A stretch of 64,000 nucleotides of DNA, from contig OZ255842.1 of assembly GCA_965277805.1 (NCBI GenBank), positions 3,936,001-4,000,000 on the forward strand, given 5' to 3'. The stretch's first letter is position 1. Each line of letters begins with the position of its first letter. Below the pieces are notes generated by a model. That model was not told the origin of the DNA and did not search any database. It worked only from the letters and a program-made list of their open reading frames with translations. This document shows, one piece after another, positions 10,449 to 19,289 of this stretch. A program made the translations under genes and the position numbers. This stretch comes from Candidatus Lustribacter sp. (GTDB lineage Bacteria > Vulcanimicrobiota > Vulcanimicrobiia > Vulcanimicrobiales > Vulcanimicrobiaceae).

Positions 10449-11563
10449 TCGCCGAGCTGCGGATCGATCTCGGCGCGATCGTTCGCAATGTCGATGCGCT
10501 GGCCGCGCTGACGGCGCCCGCGCGGGTCGTGCCGGTAATCAAATCCAACGCCTACGGCCACGGCCTGGTCGAAGTCGCGCGCGCGCTCGACGGACGCGTG
10601 CCGCGCCTCGCGGTCTACGAGCTCGACGAAGCGCTCGCGCTGCGCGAAGCGAACGTGACGTCCCCGATCCACGTGCTGGGGCCGATCCGCGCGCCGAACC
10701 TCGCTGCCGCGCACGCCGCCGGCGTCGAGATCACGCTGTGGGACGGCGGCTCCTACCTCGACGACGTCACCGACGCAGCGCACGCTGCCGGCGCGCCGTT
10801 CCGCGTTCACGCCAAGATCGACACCGGCGTTGCGCGCTTGGGCATGCGCGTCGCCGATGCCCCGGCGCGGCTGGCGCGCTACGCCGCGCACCCGTCGCTC
10901 GAGCTCGCCGGCGTCTTCTCGCACCTCGCCGCAGCCGAAGAACTCGACTCGACGTTTACGCGCGAGCAGCTCGACGCGTTCGCAACCGCGACGCGTCAGG
11001 TCGATCCCCGCGTCGAGCGGCACATCGCCGCCACCGCGGCCGCGATGCTGTGGCCCGAAACGCGCCTGGATGCCGTACGCACCGGCATCGGCATTTACGG
11101 CTTGTGGCCGTCGCCTGAGACGGAACGCACGATGCGCGATCGCGGCTTCACACTCAAGCCCGCGCTCGAGTGGCGGACGCGGCTCGTGATCGTGCACGAC
11201 GTTCCCGCGCACACGCCGGTCGGCTACGGCTGCGCCTATCACACCAAACGGCCCTCGCGCATCGGCGTCCTGCCGATCGGCTATGCCGAGGGTTTAGCGC
11301 GCAATGCGGGCGAGCACGGCCACGTCTTGATCGTCGGTCAACGCTGCCGCATCGTGGGCCGCGTATGCATGAACATGACGTTCGTCGATTGCACCGATGC
11401 GCCCGACGCGGGACCCGGCAGCATCGTCACGCTGATCGGCACCGACGGTCATGCCGCGATCGGCGCCGACGAACTGGCCGCCGCGACCGGAACGATCGCT
11501 TACGAAACCGTCGCGCGCCTGCCCGCGCACGTCCCGCGCACCTACCTCGTCGCCGCGCCCTGA
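10445..11563 (+). CDS. alr: Alanine racemase
   Basis: VIKSNAYGHG PLP lysine, HAKIDTGVARLG, VGYG, GRVCMN; GTG start at 10445. Confidence 0.96.
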   Translation: MIAELRIDLGAIVRNVDALAALTAPARVVPVIKSNAYGHGLVEVARALDGRVPRLAVYELDEALALREANVTSPIHVLGPIRAPNLAAAHAAGVEITLWDGGSYLDDVTDAAHAAGAPFRVHAKIDTGVARLGMRVADAPARLARYAAHPSLELAGVFSHLAAAEELDSTFTREQLDAFATATRQVDPRVERHIAATAAAMLWPETRLDAVRTGIGIYGLWPSPETERTMRDRGFTLKPALEWRTRLVIVHDVPAHTPVGYGCAYHTKRPSRIGVLPIGYAEGLARNAGEHGHVLIVGQRCRIVGRVCMNMTFVDCTDAPDAGPGSIVTLIGTDGHAAIGADELAAATGTIAYETVARLPAHVPRTYLVAAP

Positions 11564-12976
11564 TCAGGCGTCGGGAACGCCCAACGCGAGGAGCGGCTCG
11601 CCGAGCTCGACGGCCCGGTTGCGGCCGCCTTCTTTGGCGTGATAGAGCGCGCGGTCGGCAACGGCCATGAGATCGCCCGCGCTGGTGCCGGCCGCGTTGC
11701 GCGTCGCGCTGACCCCGACGCTGATCGACACGAGCGGGTGCGCAGCCCCGGAACCGGACGGTATTGCGGCTGCATAGACGGCCGCGCGCATGCGTTCGGC
11801 GACAACGAGCGCGCCCGCCAGATCGACGTCGGGCAAGATCACGGCCATCTCTTCGCCGCCGATGCGTGCGACCAGATCCAGCGCGCGCGTGGCGTTCTTC
11901 AGCAACGCGCCGGCGATCGTTCGCAAGCAATCGTCGCCGCCTTGATGACCGAACGTATCGTTGTACGCCTTGAAGTTATCGACGTCGATCATCAACAGCG
12001 CCAGCGGCTGCGAGTCGCGCGCACAATCGCGCAGCATGTCGCTGAAACGCTGATCGAAGCTGCGGCGATTCGCGAGATTGGTCAGCACGTCGGTGAGCGA
12101 TTCGTTGCGCAGGCGTTCCGCCGTCACCGCGAGCTGTGCGTAGATCGTCGCCGTTTGGAACAGCAGCACGCAAAGCACCGCGCTGGCCGCCAGCACGATG
12201 CTCACGCGTGAGGCATACCAGCCGGCGGTGAACTGGCGCGCGAAATGCTGCAGCGTAACGTCGGCAAACATCGACAGACACGCGACGGCGAGCCACAGAT
12301 CGAGCAGCGAGCGAAAGCGGCTGGTCCGGTACGCGAGCACCATCGCCGCGAGCGCGGCCAAGCTCATCACCGTGCTGATCACGTTGAAGAGCCGCGTGAA
12401 CGCACCGTTGTTCGAGAGCACCGGAAGGCCGTCGATCCAGATCAGCGGGGGCACGGTCAGCGCGATGAAAGCGATTGCGCCCCACAGCATTCGGGATTGG
12501 AAGCGGCGGAAGGCGTCGACCGAAAACTCACTCTGATCCTGCCCGCGCGCGATGTAATACGCGATCGCGGAGCAGACGAAGAGGGCATGCCACTCGACCC
12601 ATAACCAACCCGAGGTTTGCGAATCGGCGGACACCCACTGGATGAGTTGGGGCCACAGGCCGCGGTAGAACAACAAATAGGGTATCATCGCCACCGCGGT
12701 TAGCTCATAACCGAGCGCGAGGATGGTGAGCGGGACCGACCGCGTTACGCGCGACTGCGCCCACAGCAGCAACGACGTGATCGCGATGGAAGAAATCGAG
12801 AGCGCCATGACGATCGCAAAGATCGGATACGACGTTCCGAGCGGACGCGAGATTTCGGGAATGACCAGCAGCACGCCGGCCACCAGCACGGCCGCCACAA
12901 CGAGCGCGCTCCGCCGATCGGCGCCCGTCGACGGTGCCTCGGCGAGATCCACCATTGCGATGCTGAGACCGTTCAC
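11564..12976 (-). CDS. Membrane-bound diguanylate cyclase (MASE4-like sensor + GGDEF)
   Basis: Multi-TM N-terminus; DVLTNLANRR, DVDNFKAYNDTFGHQGGD, RALD I-site, GGEEM active-site motif. Confidence 0.9.
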   Translation of the reverse strand: MNGLSIAMVDLAEAPSTGADRRSALVVAAVLVAGVLLVIPEISRPLGTSYPIFAIVMALSISSIAITSLLLWAQSRVTRSVPLTILALGYELTAVAMIPYLLFYRGLWPQLIQWVSADSQTSGWLWVEWHALFVCSAIAYYIARGQDQSEFSVDAFRRFQSRMLWGAIAFIALTVPPLIWIDGLPVLSNNGAFTRLFNVISTVMSLAALAAMVLAYRTSRFRSLLDLWLAVACLSMFADVTLQHFARQFTAGWYASRVSIVLAASAVLCVLLFQTATIYAQLAVTAERLRNESLTDVLTNLANRRSFDQRFSDMLRDCARDSQPLALLMIDVDNFKAYNDTFGHQGGDDCLRTIAGALLKNATRALDLVARIGGEEMAVILPDVDLAGALVVAERMRAAVYAAAIPSGSGAAHPLVSISVGVSATRNAAGTSAGDLMAVADRALYHAKEGGRNRAVELGEPLLALGVPDA

Positions 12977-12980
12977 GCGT

Positions 12981-14081
12981 TCATCGAACCGTGGCTAAAA
13001 GCAAGTCTTTGGCCCCGTCCGCGACGTTCACCGTGCGCGGCAGTTTGAAATCGCCCGGACGAACGCTGTAGGCCTGGGGGTTGCGCGGCTCCGGCGGTTC
13101 GACGCCTTGCATCAATTGCTTCGCCCGCGTCAAGAGGCGTTTGCGCAACGCGATGATCGCTTTGTCGGAACTCGTGAGGTATTCGCGGCTACGATCAGCG
13201 ATCGTGCCGTAACCGCCCTGGTCCTGCGTCATGGCGAGGTCTTGCGCGACGATCGACTTGATGCCGGTAAAGCTCGCGCGGCGCTGTTCGTCGCGATCGA
13301 TCAGGTAATCGTTCTCGTAGTCTTCTTTGGTCGAGAACGTTCCCGGCACGAGCTCGGGCACGGTCACGCCGTCCTCGAGCACCGCGCGTTCCGCTGGGCT
13401 GATCGGGTGATCGGCGTTCGACCAAATGCGAAAGTGCAGCGTGTGGTCGTCATCGACCGGTACGCGCACTTGCGTCAACACCGGCGTGTCCGGCGGCGCC
13501 GCGATCAGCACCGTGTACGGCATCAAATACTGGTTGACGCGCCAGTGAAACGTGTCTGCGCCCGCATCGCGCTGCGCGGAGAGCATCAAGCCGTAATCGG
13601 TCACCGCCGTAAACCAGCGCGGCTGGCGGTCGGCGAACACGGTCGCATCGACGCGTCCACCGGGGATCGGCTTCCCATCCTGCCGGCTGTGCAGAAACGA
13701 GACGTGACTCGAATCGACGTCGCCCTCTTGCATCTGCGCGTAGTTGCCGCGCGCGATCATCTTCGTGATCGAACGGTGATCGGCGGGCACGGCAAACGCT
13801 TCGATGGCCGGGAACTCCGGCATCAAATCCGGCGGCCCCATGAACGCCCAGATCAAACCGCCGCGTTCCAGCGCCGGATACGACGGCACGCCGGCCGTGC
13901 CGTTCGCATCGCGAAACGCGACGAGGTCCTCACCGAGAATGCGCGCGCGGACCGGCGGAGCATCCGGAGCGCCGAGTTCGGATGCCAGCATGATGGGCGT
14001 CCAAAAGCGACGGAAGAGCTCGCCCATCGGCGTTTTCGGTCCGGTGCGAACCAGCAACTCGTTGTCTGCTTTGGTGAGCAT
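12981..14081 (-). CDS. Phthalate 4,5-dioxygenase-like Rieske oxygenase subunit lacking the Rieske [2Fe-2S] segment (probably non-functional)
   Basis: N-terminus GPKTPMGELFRRFWTP...GEDLVAFRD and non-heme Fe motif DSSHVSFLH are present, but the CxH and CxxH motifs are absent (GTAGV joins directly to PSYP). Confidence 0.85.
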   Translation of the reverse strand: MLTKADNELLVRTGPKTPMGELFRRFWTPIMLASELGAPDAPPVRARILGEDLVAFRDANGTAGVPSYPALERGGLIWAFMGPPDLMPEFPAIEAFAVPADHRSITKMIARGNYAQMQEGDVDSSHVSFLHSRQDGKPIPGGRVDATVFADRQPRWFTAVTDYGLMLSAQRDAGADTFHWRVNQYLMPYTVLIAAPPDTPVLTQVRVPVDDDHTLHFRIWSNADHPISPAERAVLEDGVTVPELVPGTFSTKEDYENDYLIDRDEQRRASFTGIKSIVAQDLAMTQDQGGYGTIADRSREYLTSSDKAIIALRKRLLTRAKQLMQGVEPPEPRNPQAYSVRPGDFKLPRTVNVADGAKDLLLATVR

Positions 14082-14117
14082 CGTTGGTGATTTGTCCCCC
14101 GAATTGCGGGGAAATCC

Positions 14118-14849
14118 CTAGGTCAGAGCGTTAAGAGCCGTACGTAAATCGAGCGTGCCTTCGTAAAGAGCCCGGCCGATGATCGCGGCGTCGACGTTCG
14201 CCGGGGTTCCGTCGCGCAGCGCGAGCAGGTCGGCCAGCGTCTTCGCGCCGCCGCTGGCGGTGATCCCGACCGGCGCGAGGCCGGCGACGTGCGCCAGCGC
14301 CGCGACGTCGTAACCGGAACCCATCCCGTCGCGCGCGATCTCGGTATACACGATGCGGCGCACGCCCCAGGCGGCAACGTCGCGTACCAGATCGTCGCGC
14401 AGGATGCCGGCGTCTTTCTGCCAGCCGCGCGTCGCGACGCGGTCGCCGCGTGCGTCGATGCCGGCCACGATCCGCTCGCCGAACGCCGCCACGATTGCCC
14501 GCGCGACGTCGGGCTCTTCGATCAGGATCGTGCCGAGGACGACGGCCGCCGCGCCCGCGTCGATCCGCGCCTGCACGTCGGCCGCCGTACGGACGCCGCC
14601 GCCGGTTTGCACCGGCACGTCGACCGACCCGCAAATCGCGCGCAATGCGGCCGCGTTTTCGCCCGAACCGAACGCGCCGTCGAGATCCACCACGTGCAGC
14701 GCCGTCGCACCCGACGCGACGAACGCGCGCGCACGCGCGACCGGATCGTCGTCGTAACGCGTTTCGCGCGACGGATCGCCGCGTTCGAGGCGCACGCATT
14801 TGCCGGCGCGCAGATCGATCGCCGGGAACAACCGCAACGCGTGCGTCAC
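14118..14849 (-). CDS. hisA: ProFAR isomerase
   Basis: FPAIDLRAGKCVRL, LHVVDLDGA, QTGGGVR, ASGG, IIGRALYEG. Confidence 0.95.
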   Translation of the reverse strand: MTHALRLFPAIDLRAGKCVRLERGDPSRETRYDDDPVARARAFVASGATALHVVDLDGAFGSGENAAALRAICGSVDVPVQTGGGVRTAADVQARIDAGAAAVVLGTILIEEPDVARAIVAAFGERIVAGIDARGDRVATRGWQKDAGILRDDLVRDVAAWGVRRIVYTEIARDGMGSGYDVAALAHVAGLAPVGITASGGAKTLADLLALRDGTPANVDAAIIGRALYEGTLDLRTALNALT

Positions 14850-15466
14850 AATGCTAGCGCAAGAAAATTATCGAGCAGCACCGCTCCCGTGCGCTGACTC
14901 TTCTCGGGATGGAACTGCGTCGCCATCACGTTGTCGCGCGCGACGATCGCCGCAAACCGGCCGCCGTAATCGGCGCTCGCCACCATCGCGTCGCTGTCGG
15001 CCACGCGGTAGGAGTGCAGGAAGTACGCGAACTCGCCGCCGTGCAGTCCCGCCGTGAACGGATGCCGGCGCTCGATGCGCAGGTCGTTCCAGCCCATGTG
15101 CGGCACGCGCGGCGCGCCTTCGAACCGGCGCACGTGACCGTTGAAGATTCCCAAACCGGCGTCGTCGCCGAACTCATCGCTCGTTTCGAACAGCACTTGC
15201 ATGCCGACGCAAATACCGAGAAACGGTTTGCCGGCGGCAACGACTTCGCGCACCGCGCGATCGAGATGCCGTTCGCGCAGCGCCGTCATCGTGGCGCCGA
15301 ACGCGCCGTCGCCGGGCAAAATTGCAGCGTCGGCCGCGACGACGCGCTTGGGGTCTTCCGTCAACTCGAAGGCAACGCCGCGCCGTTCGAGCGCTGCGAC
15401 GAGCGAGCCGATGTTGCCGCCGCCATAATCCAGCACGGCGAGCCGCTTGCGTCCCTGGGGTTCCAT
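14846..15466 (-). CDS. hisH: Imidazole glycerol phosphate synthase glutaminase subunit
   Basis: DYGGGNIGS, LGICVGMQ, VPHMGWN, QFHPEKS. Confidence 0.97.
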   Translation of the reverse strand: MEPQGRKRLAVLDYGGGNIGSLVAALERRGVAFELTEDPKRVVAADAAILPGDGAFGATMTALRERHLDRAVREVVAAGKPFLGICVGMQVLFETSDEFGDDAGLGIFNGHVRRFEGAPRVPHMGWNDLRIERRHPFTAGLHGGEFAYFLHSYRVADSDAMVASADYGGRFAAIVARDNVMATQFHPEKSQRTGAVLLDNFLALAL

Positions 15467-15505
15467 TGGCGCATCATTTCACGCGCCGGTGGGGAAACAC
15501 CCGGC

Positions 15506-16648
15506 ATGATGTCGTCGCTGCGCATGCTCCTCGCGCTCACCGTGCTCGCTTTTCTTGCCCCCGCCAGCGTGCGAGCCGCGGCCGCGCCCGTCGGGTTGAC
15601 CGTCCCGGCCGGCTTCACGATCGAGCGGATTGCGACCGTCGAGGGCGGCCGCGAACTCGCTGTCGCTCCCAACGGCGACCTGTTCGTGGCGACATCCGGA
15701 AGCACGGTCGACATCGTCGCCGATGCCGAAGGCAACGCGGCGCCGGCCAAAGCGTTCACGCAGATCACCGACCATCCGGTTGCGGGCGTCACGATCGACG
15801 GCGACCGGATGTATCTCGGCGCGCAGTTCGGCGTGTACGAATTGCCCTATCACGCCGGCGACCGCGCACCGTCGGCGCCACCGCGCAAGATTGCTTCGGT
15901 GCGTACGAGCGGCGCATCGGGCGCGCACGTGACGACCACCGTCGCAGTAGCGAAGGACCATCTCTACGCGAGCGTCGGCTCGTCGTGCAACAACTGCAAT
16001 CCGGATATCGACGCGACGCGCGCGACCGTGCAAGAGATGAACCTCGACGGCAGCGGCATGACGGCCAAAGCGCGCCACGTGCGCAACGCAATCGCGCTCG
16101 CGGTCAATCCGCAGACCGGCACGTTGTGGATCGGCGTCGCGGGTCAAGACGAGTTGCCCAAAGGCCATCCGTACGAGATGTTCGACCCGCTCACGCTGCA
16201 TGCGGGCGTGGCCGACTACGGCTGGCCGTTCTGCTATGAAAATCATCAGGCCGTGGACGGTCACGACTGTTCAACGCAGACGGTTCCGCGCGTCGTCTTT
16301 CCGGCTTACGAAACGCCGATCGGCGCGGTGTTCTACCCGCTCCATCCGGCCGGCGCGCACGCCTTTCCCGAGGCCTACCGCGGCGGCGCGTTCGTGACGC
16401 TGCACGGCTCGTGGCACGCGCCGCCGGTTCCACCCCGCGTCGTGTTCGTGCCGATGAACGGCGACGATCCGAAGACGGCGGTCGACTGGAACGATCCGTC
16501 CGCTCAGTGGAAAGACTTCGTCAACGGCTGGCAACTCGCCGACGGCCGCCGTCGCGCGCGCCCAACGGGCATCGCCGTTGCGCCCGACGGCAGCCTCTTC
16601 GTCAGCGACGATCTCGACGGCGGGATCTATCGCATCCGCCCGCGCTGA
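15506..16648 (+). CDS. Secreted PQQ-dependent sugar/sorbosone dehydrogenase-family protein
   Basis: Signal peptide; LYASVGSSCN, RNAIALA, DYGWPFCY, LHGSW, RPTGIAVAPDGSLFVSDD. Confidence 0.85.
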   Translation: MMSSLRMLLALTVLAFLAPASVRAAAAPVGLTVPAGFTIERIATVEGGRELAVAPNGDLFVATSGSTVDIVADAEGNAAPAKAFTQITDHPVAGVTIDGDRMYLGAQFGVYELPYHAGDRAPSAPPRKIASVRTSGASGAHVTTTVAVAKDHLYASVGSSCNNCNPDIDATRATVQEMNLDGSGMTAKARHVRNAIALAVNPQTGTLWIGVAGQDELPKGHPYEMFDPLTLHAGVADYGWPFCYENHQAVDGHDCSTQTVPRVVFPAYETPIGAVFYPLHPAGAHAFPEAYRGGAFVTLHGSWHAPPVPPRVVFVPMNGDDPKTAVDWNDPSAQWKDFVNGWQLADGRRRARPTGIAVAPDGSLFVSDDLDGGIYRIRPR

Positions 16649-16654
16649 CACGCG

Positions 16655-16680
16655 TGTCATCCCGAGCTTGTCGAGGGACA
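16655..16680. repeat. REP-like imperfect palindrome between convergent genes
   Basis: TGTCATCCCGAGCTTGTCGAGGGACA folds as an imperfect hairpin; resembles GTCATCCTGAGCTTGTCGAAGGA-type extragenic palindromes; single copy in window. Confidence 0.45.
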
Positions 16681-16681
16681 G

Positions 16682-17269
16682 CTACTCGAGCAGACCTTTA
16701 GTGGAGAGGATTTCGTCGCTGCCGGTTAGGGTTTTGGCTTGGGCGAAGGCTTTGGCGAACGCTTTGAACGAGGCTTCGCACAAGTGGTGGGCGACGTCGC
16801 CGTTCATCTGGATCAAGTGCAGGTTGAACTTGCCGTTGTCGACGACGGCGCGAAAGAATTCGCGGATCATCTCGGTCTTGAAGTCGCCGAGGTTTTCCAC
16901 GCCGTCGAACCGCACGCTGAAGTTCAGGTAGCTGCGGCCGGAAAGGTCGATGCTGCCGGCGACGAGGGCGTCGTCGAGCGGCACCATCATCGAACCATAA
17001 CGCGCGATGCCGCGCTTCTCGCCCAGCGCTTCGTAGATCGCCTTGCCGAGCGCGATGCCGACGTCTTCGATCAGATGGTGGTTGTCGAGCCCGTCACCAC
17101 GCGCGACGAGCTGCAGCGCGCAGCCCGAGTGACGCGCGAACGCGTCGAGCATGTGGTCGAGAAACTTGACGTCGGTGTCGATCTCGATCGGGCCGCCGTC
17201 AAGACCGAGGCGCAGATCAATCTGCGTCTCTTTGGTCGTGCGTTCGACGACGGCCCGGCGGTTACTCAG
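16682..17269 (-). CDS. hisB: Imidazoleglycerol-phosphate dehydratase
   Basis: ERTTKETQI, FLDHML, DNHHLIED, HHLCEASFKA; start inferred at CTG overlapping the citrate synthase stop. Confidence 0.95.
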   Translation of the reverse strand: MSNRRAVVERTTKETQIDLRLGLDGGPIEIDTDVKFLDHMLDAFARHSGCALQLVARGDGLDNHHLIEDVGIALGKAIYEALGEKRGIARYGSMMVPLDDALVAGSIDLSGRSYLNFSVRFDGVENLGDFKTEMIREFFRAVVDNGKFNLHLIQMNGDVAHHLCEASFKAFAKAFAQAKTLTGSDEILSTKGLLE

Positions 17270-18435
17270 GAGCGCGCGCTGCCGGCCGGTTCGCGTCCGC
17301 GTTCGGCGATCGGCTCGAACGGGTGCACTTCCGGCCCAGTGTAAGTGACTTGCGGGCGGATCAGGCGATTGTTGGCGTACTGCTCGAGCACGTGCGCGCA
17401 CCAGCCGGCCATACGCGAGCACGCGAACATGCACGTGTATTCATCGCTCGGGATGCCGAGCGCGCCGAGTGCCGGCGCCGTGTAGAAGTCGACGTTGGCG
17501 AAAATCCGCGCTTGCGGTTTTTCTTCGGCGATGACTTTGTTCCACGCATCTTCGAGCGCCCGCGCGATTGCGTAGCTGCCGCCGCCGTTGTTGAGGCGTT
17601 TGGCGGTTTCTTCGAGATGCTTCGCACGCGGATCGCGCACCTTGTATTCGCGGTGACCCATGCCCATCAGGCGGCCTTTGCGCTTGATGAGATCGCGCAC
17701 CCACTGCTCGGCCTTGTCGGGCGAACCGACGTCGACGAGCGAGTCTTGCACTTGGCTCGGCGCGCCGCCGTGCAGTTCGCCGGTCAGCGTGGCGAGGGCC
17801 GCGGTGATCGCACAGTAGAGGTCGGCGTTGGTCGAGGCCGTGACGCGGGCCGAGAAGGTCGAGGCGTTGTAGCCGTGGTCGACGAGCAGCACGTAGTACT
17901 GGTCGAGCGCTTTGGCGTTTTCGGCCGTCGGCTCTTTGCCGGTCTTCATGTAGAGGAAGTTCGCGGCGGTGCCGAGCTTCGGATGCGGCGCAATCGGCTC
18001 GAGGCCTTGGCGCAGACGGTCCCAGGCGGCCACGATCGTGGTGGTCTTCGCCACCAAGCTCAGCGCGGCGTCGACGTCGGAGGCGTGCACGCCGGACGGC
18101 TTGTGCGGCAGCGGCAGCGAGAGCGACGAGACGGCCGTACGCAGCACGTCCATCGGCCATGCATCGCGCGGCAAGGCTCGCAACAGGGCCAGCGTCGCTT
18201 CGGGAAGCGCCCGCAGGGAGCTCAACTTCGCTTCGAGCGCCGCCAGCTCGGCGGCCGTCGGCAGCTTCCCATGGAGCATGAGGGAGACGACCTCTTCGTA
18301 CGTCGCCTTCGGAGCAAGATCGTCGATGTCGTATCCGCGGAACGTTAACCGCCCGACTTCACCCTCGACGTTAGAGAGGACGGTTTCACCAACGTTGACG
18401 CCCTCGAGACCACGATCAACTACAATTCCAGGCAT
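17266..18435 (-). CDS. gltA: Citrate synthase / methylcitrate synthase
   Basis: DHGYNASTFSAR, GELHGGA, GMGHREYKVRDPR, NVDFY. Confidence 0.93.
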   Translation of the reverse strand: MPGIVVDRGLEGVNVGETVLSNVEGEVGRLTFRGYDIDDLAPKATYEEVVSLMLHGKLPTAAELAALEAKLSSLRALPEATLALLRALPRDAWPMDVLRTAVSSLSLPLPHKPSGVHASDVDAALSLVAKTTTIVAAWDRLRQGLEPIAPHPKLGTAANFLYMKTGKEPTAENAKALDQYYVLLVDHGYNASTFSARVTASTNADLYCAITAALATLTGELHGGAPSQVQDSLVDVGSPDKAEQWVRDLIKRKGRLMGMGHREYKVRDPRAKHLEETAKRLNNGGGSYAIARALEDAWNKVIAEEKPQARIFANVDFYTAPALGALGIPSDEYTCMFACSRMAGWCAHVLEQYANNRLIRPQVTYTGPEVHPFEPIAERGREPAGSARS

Positions 18436-18506
18436 AAGATTTTGGCACTTCCAAGAAGCCGGGTCCGCCGCCTTCTGGCTTTTGTCGGGTCAACCGATGA
18501 TGTGGC

Positions 18507-19289
18507 TCATAATGCCTTCGCGGACTTGTCGGCGGTCGCGGCAAGCGTTAAGTTACCGGCGGCGAGGAACGCGCGGGCCGCGCTCGAGTAGCCGCGCTGG
18601 ATGATCGCGGGATCGTCGGCACTCTCGGCCAGCAGCAGATACATCTTCCCGGCCAGGCGCCGAAATTTGTTCCCGATGTCGGGGTTGGCGACGGTTAACG
18701 CCAGAACGGCAGCGCGCTCATAGGCTTGTGCCGCGTCTTCGAACGCACGCCGCTCTTCGGCGACCTCCGCGACTTGCACGAAGCTCGCGAGATTCGTGTT
18801 TTCCGGCGTTGCCGCCGGCCGCGGCGGCGCCTGCGCAACGACGCCGGAGGAATCGTCGGCGAGGAGCCGGCGCCAGCGCAGCTGCTGGCGCACGCTCGCA
18901 GTGAGCGGCGCGGGCTCAAAGGGCTTCGTTAGAAAATCTTGCACGCCGGCCGCGAGTGCGGCGATTTTGTCTTCGGCCTTCGAGCGGCTGGTCAGCATCA
19001 CGATCGGGATTGCGGCCGTGAACGGATCGGCTTTGAGCCGGATCGCCGCGTCGTGGCCGTCCAGCTCGGGCATCATCCAATCGATGATGATCAAGTCGGG
19101 GCGGAACTCGAGCGCGCGCGCGTGGCCGACCAAGCCGTTCGGTGCCTCGATCACGGCAAAGCCCTCATTTTCGAGGACGTGCCTCACGAGCGTCCGCACC
19201 CCGTCGTCGTCGTCGACGATCAGGATACGTCCCGTATCGGTCGACTCCGCGTCGCGGACGAGTTGCTGGACGGTCGCGGTCTCGTTCAT
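18507..19289 (-). CDS. Response regulator: receiver domain plus helical C-terminal domain of unknown function
   Basis: ILIVDDD, IIIDWMMPELDG, MLTS, FLTKPF; ATGA overlap with the GT2 stop. Confidence 0.9.
   Translation of the reverse strand: MNETATVQQLVRDAESTDTGRILIVDDDDGVRTLVRHVLENEGFAVIEAPNGLVGHARALEFRPDLIIIDWMMPELDGHDAAIRLKADPFTAAIPIVMLTSRSKAEDKIAALAAGVQDFLTKPFEPAPLTASVRQQLRWRRLLADDSSGVVAQAPPRPAATPENTNLASFVQVAEVAEERRAFEDAAQAYERAAVLALTVANPDIGNKFRRLAGKMYLLLAESADDPAIIQRGYSSAARAFLAAGNLTLAATADKSAKAL

Noticed and set aside
14090-14116. Hairpin between hisA and the Rieske gene as a terminator
   Set aside because: Imperfect stem and no U-tract on the coding strand.
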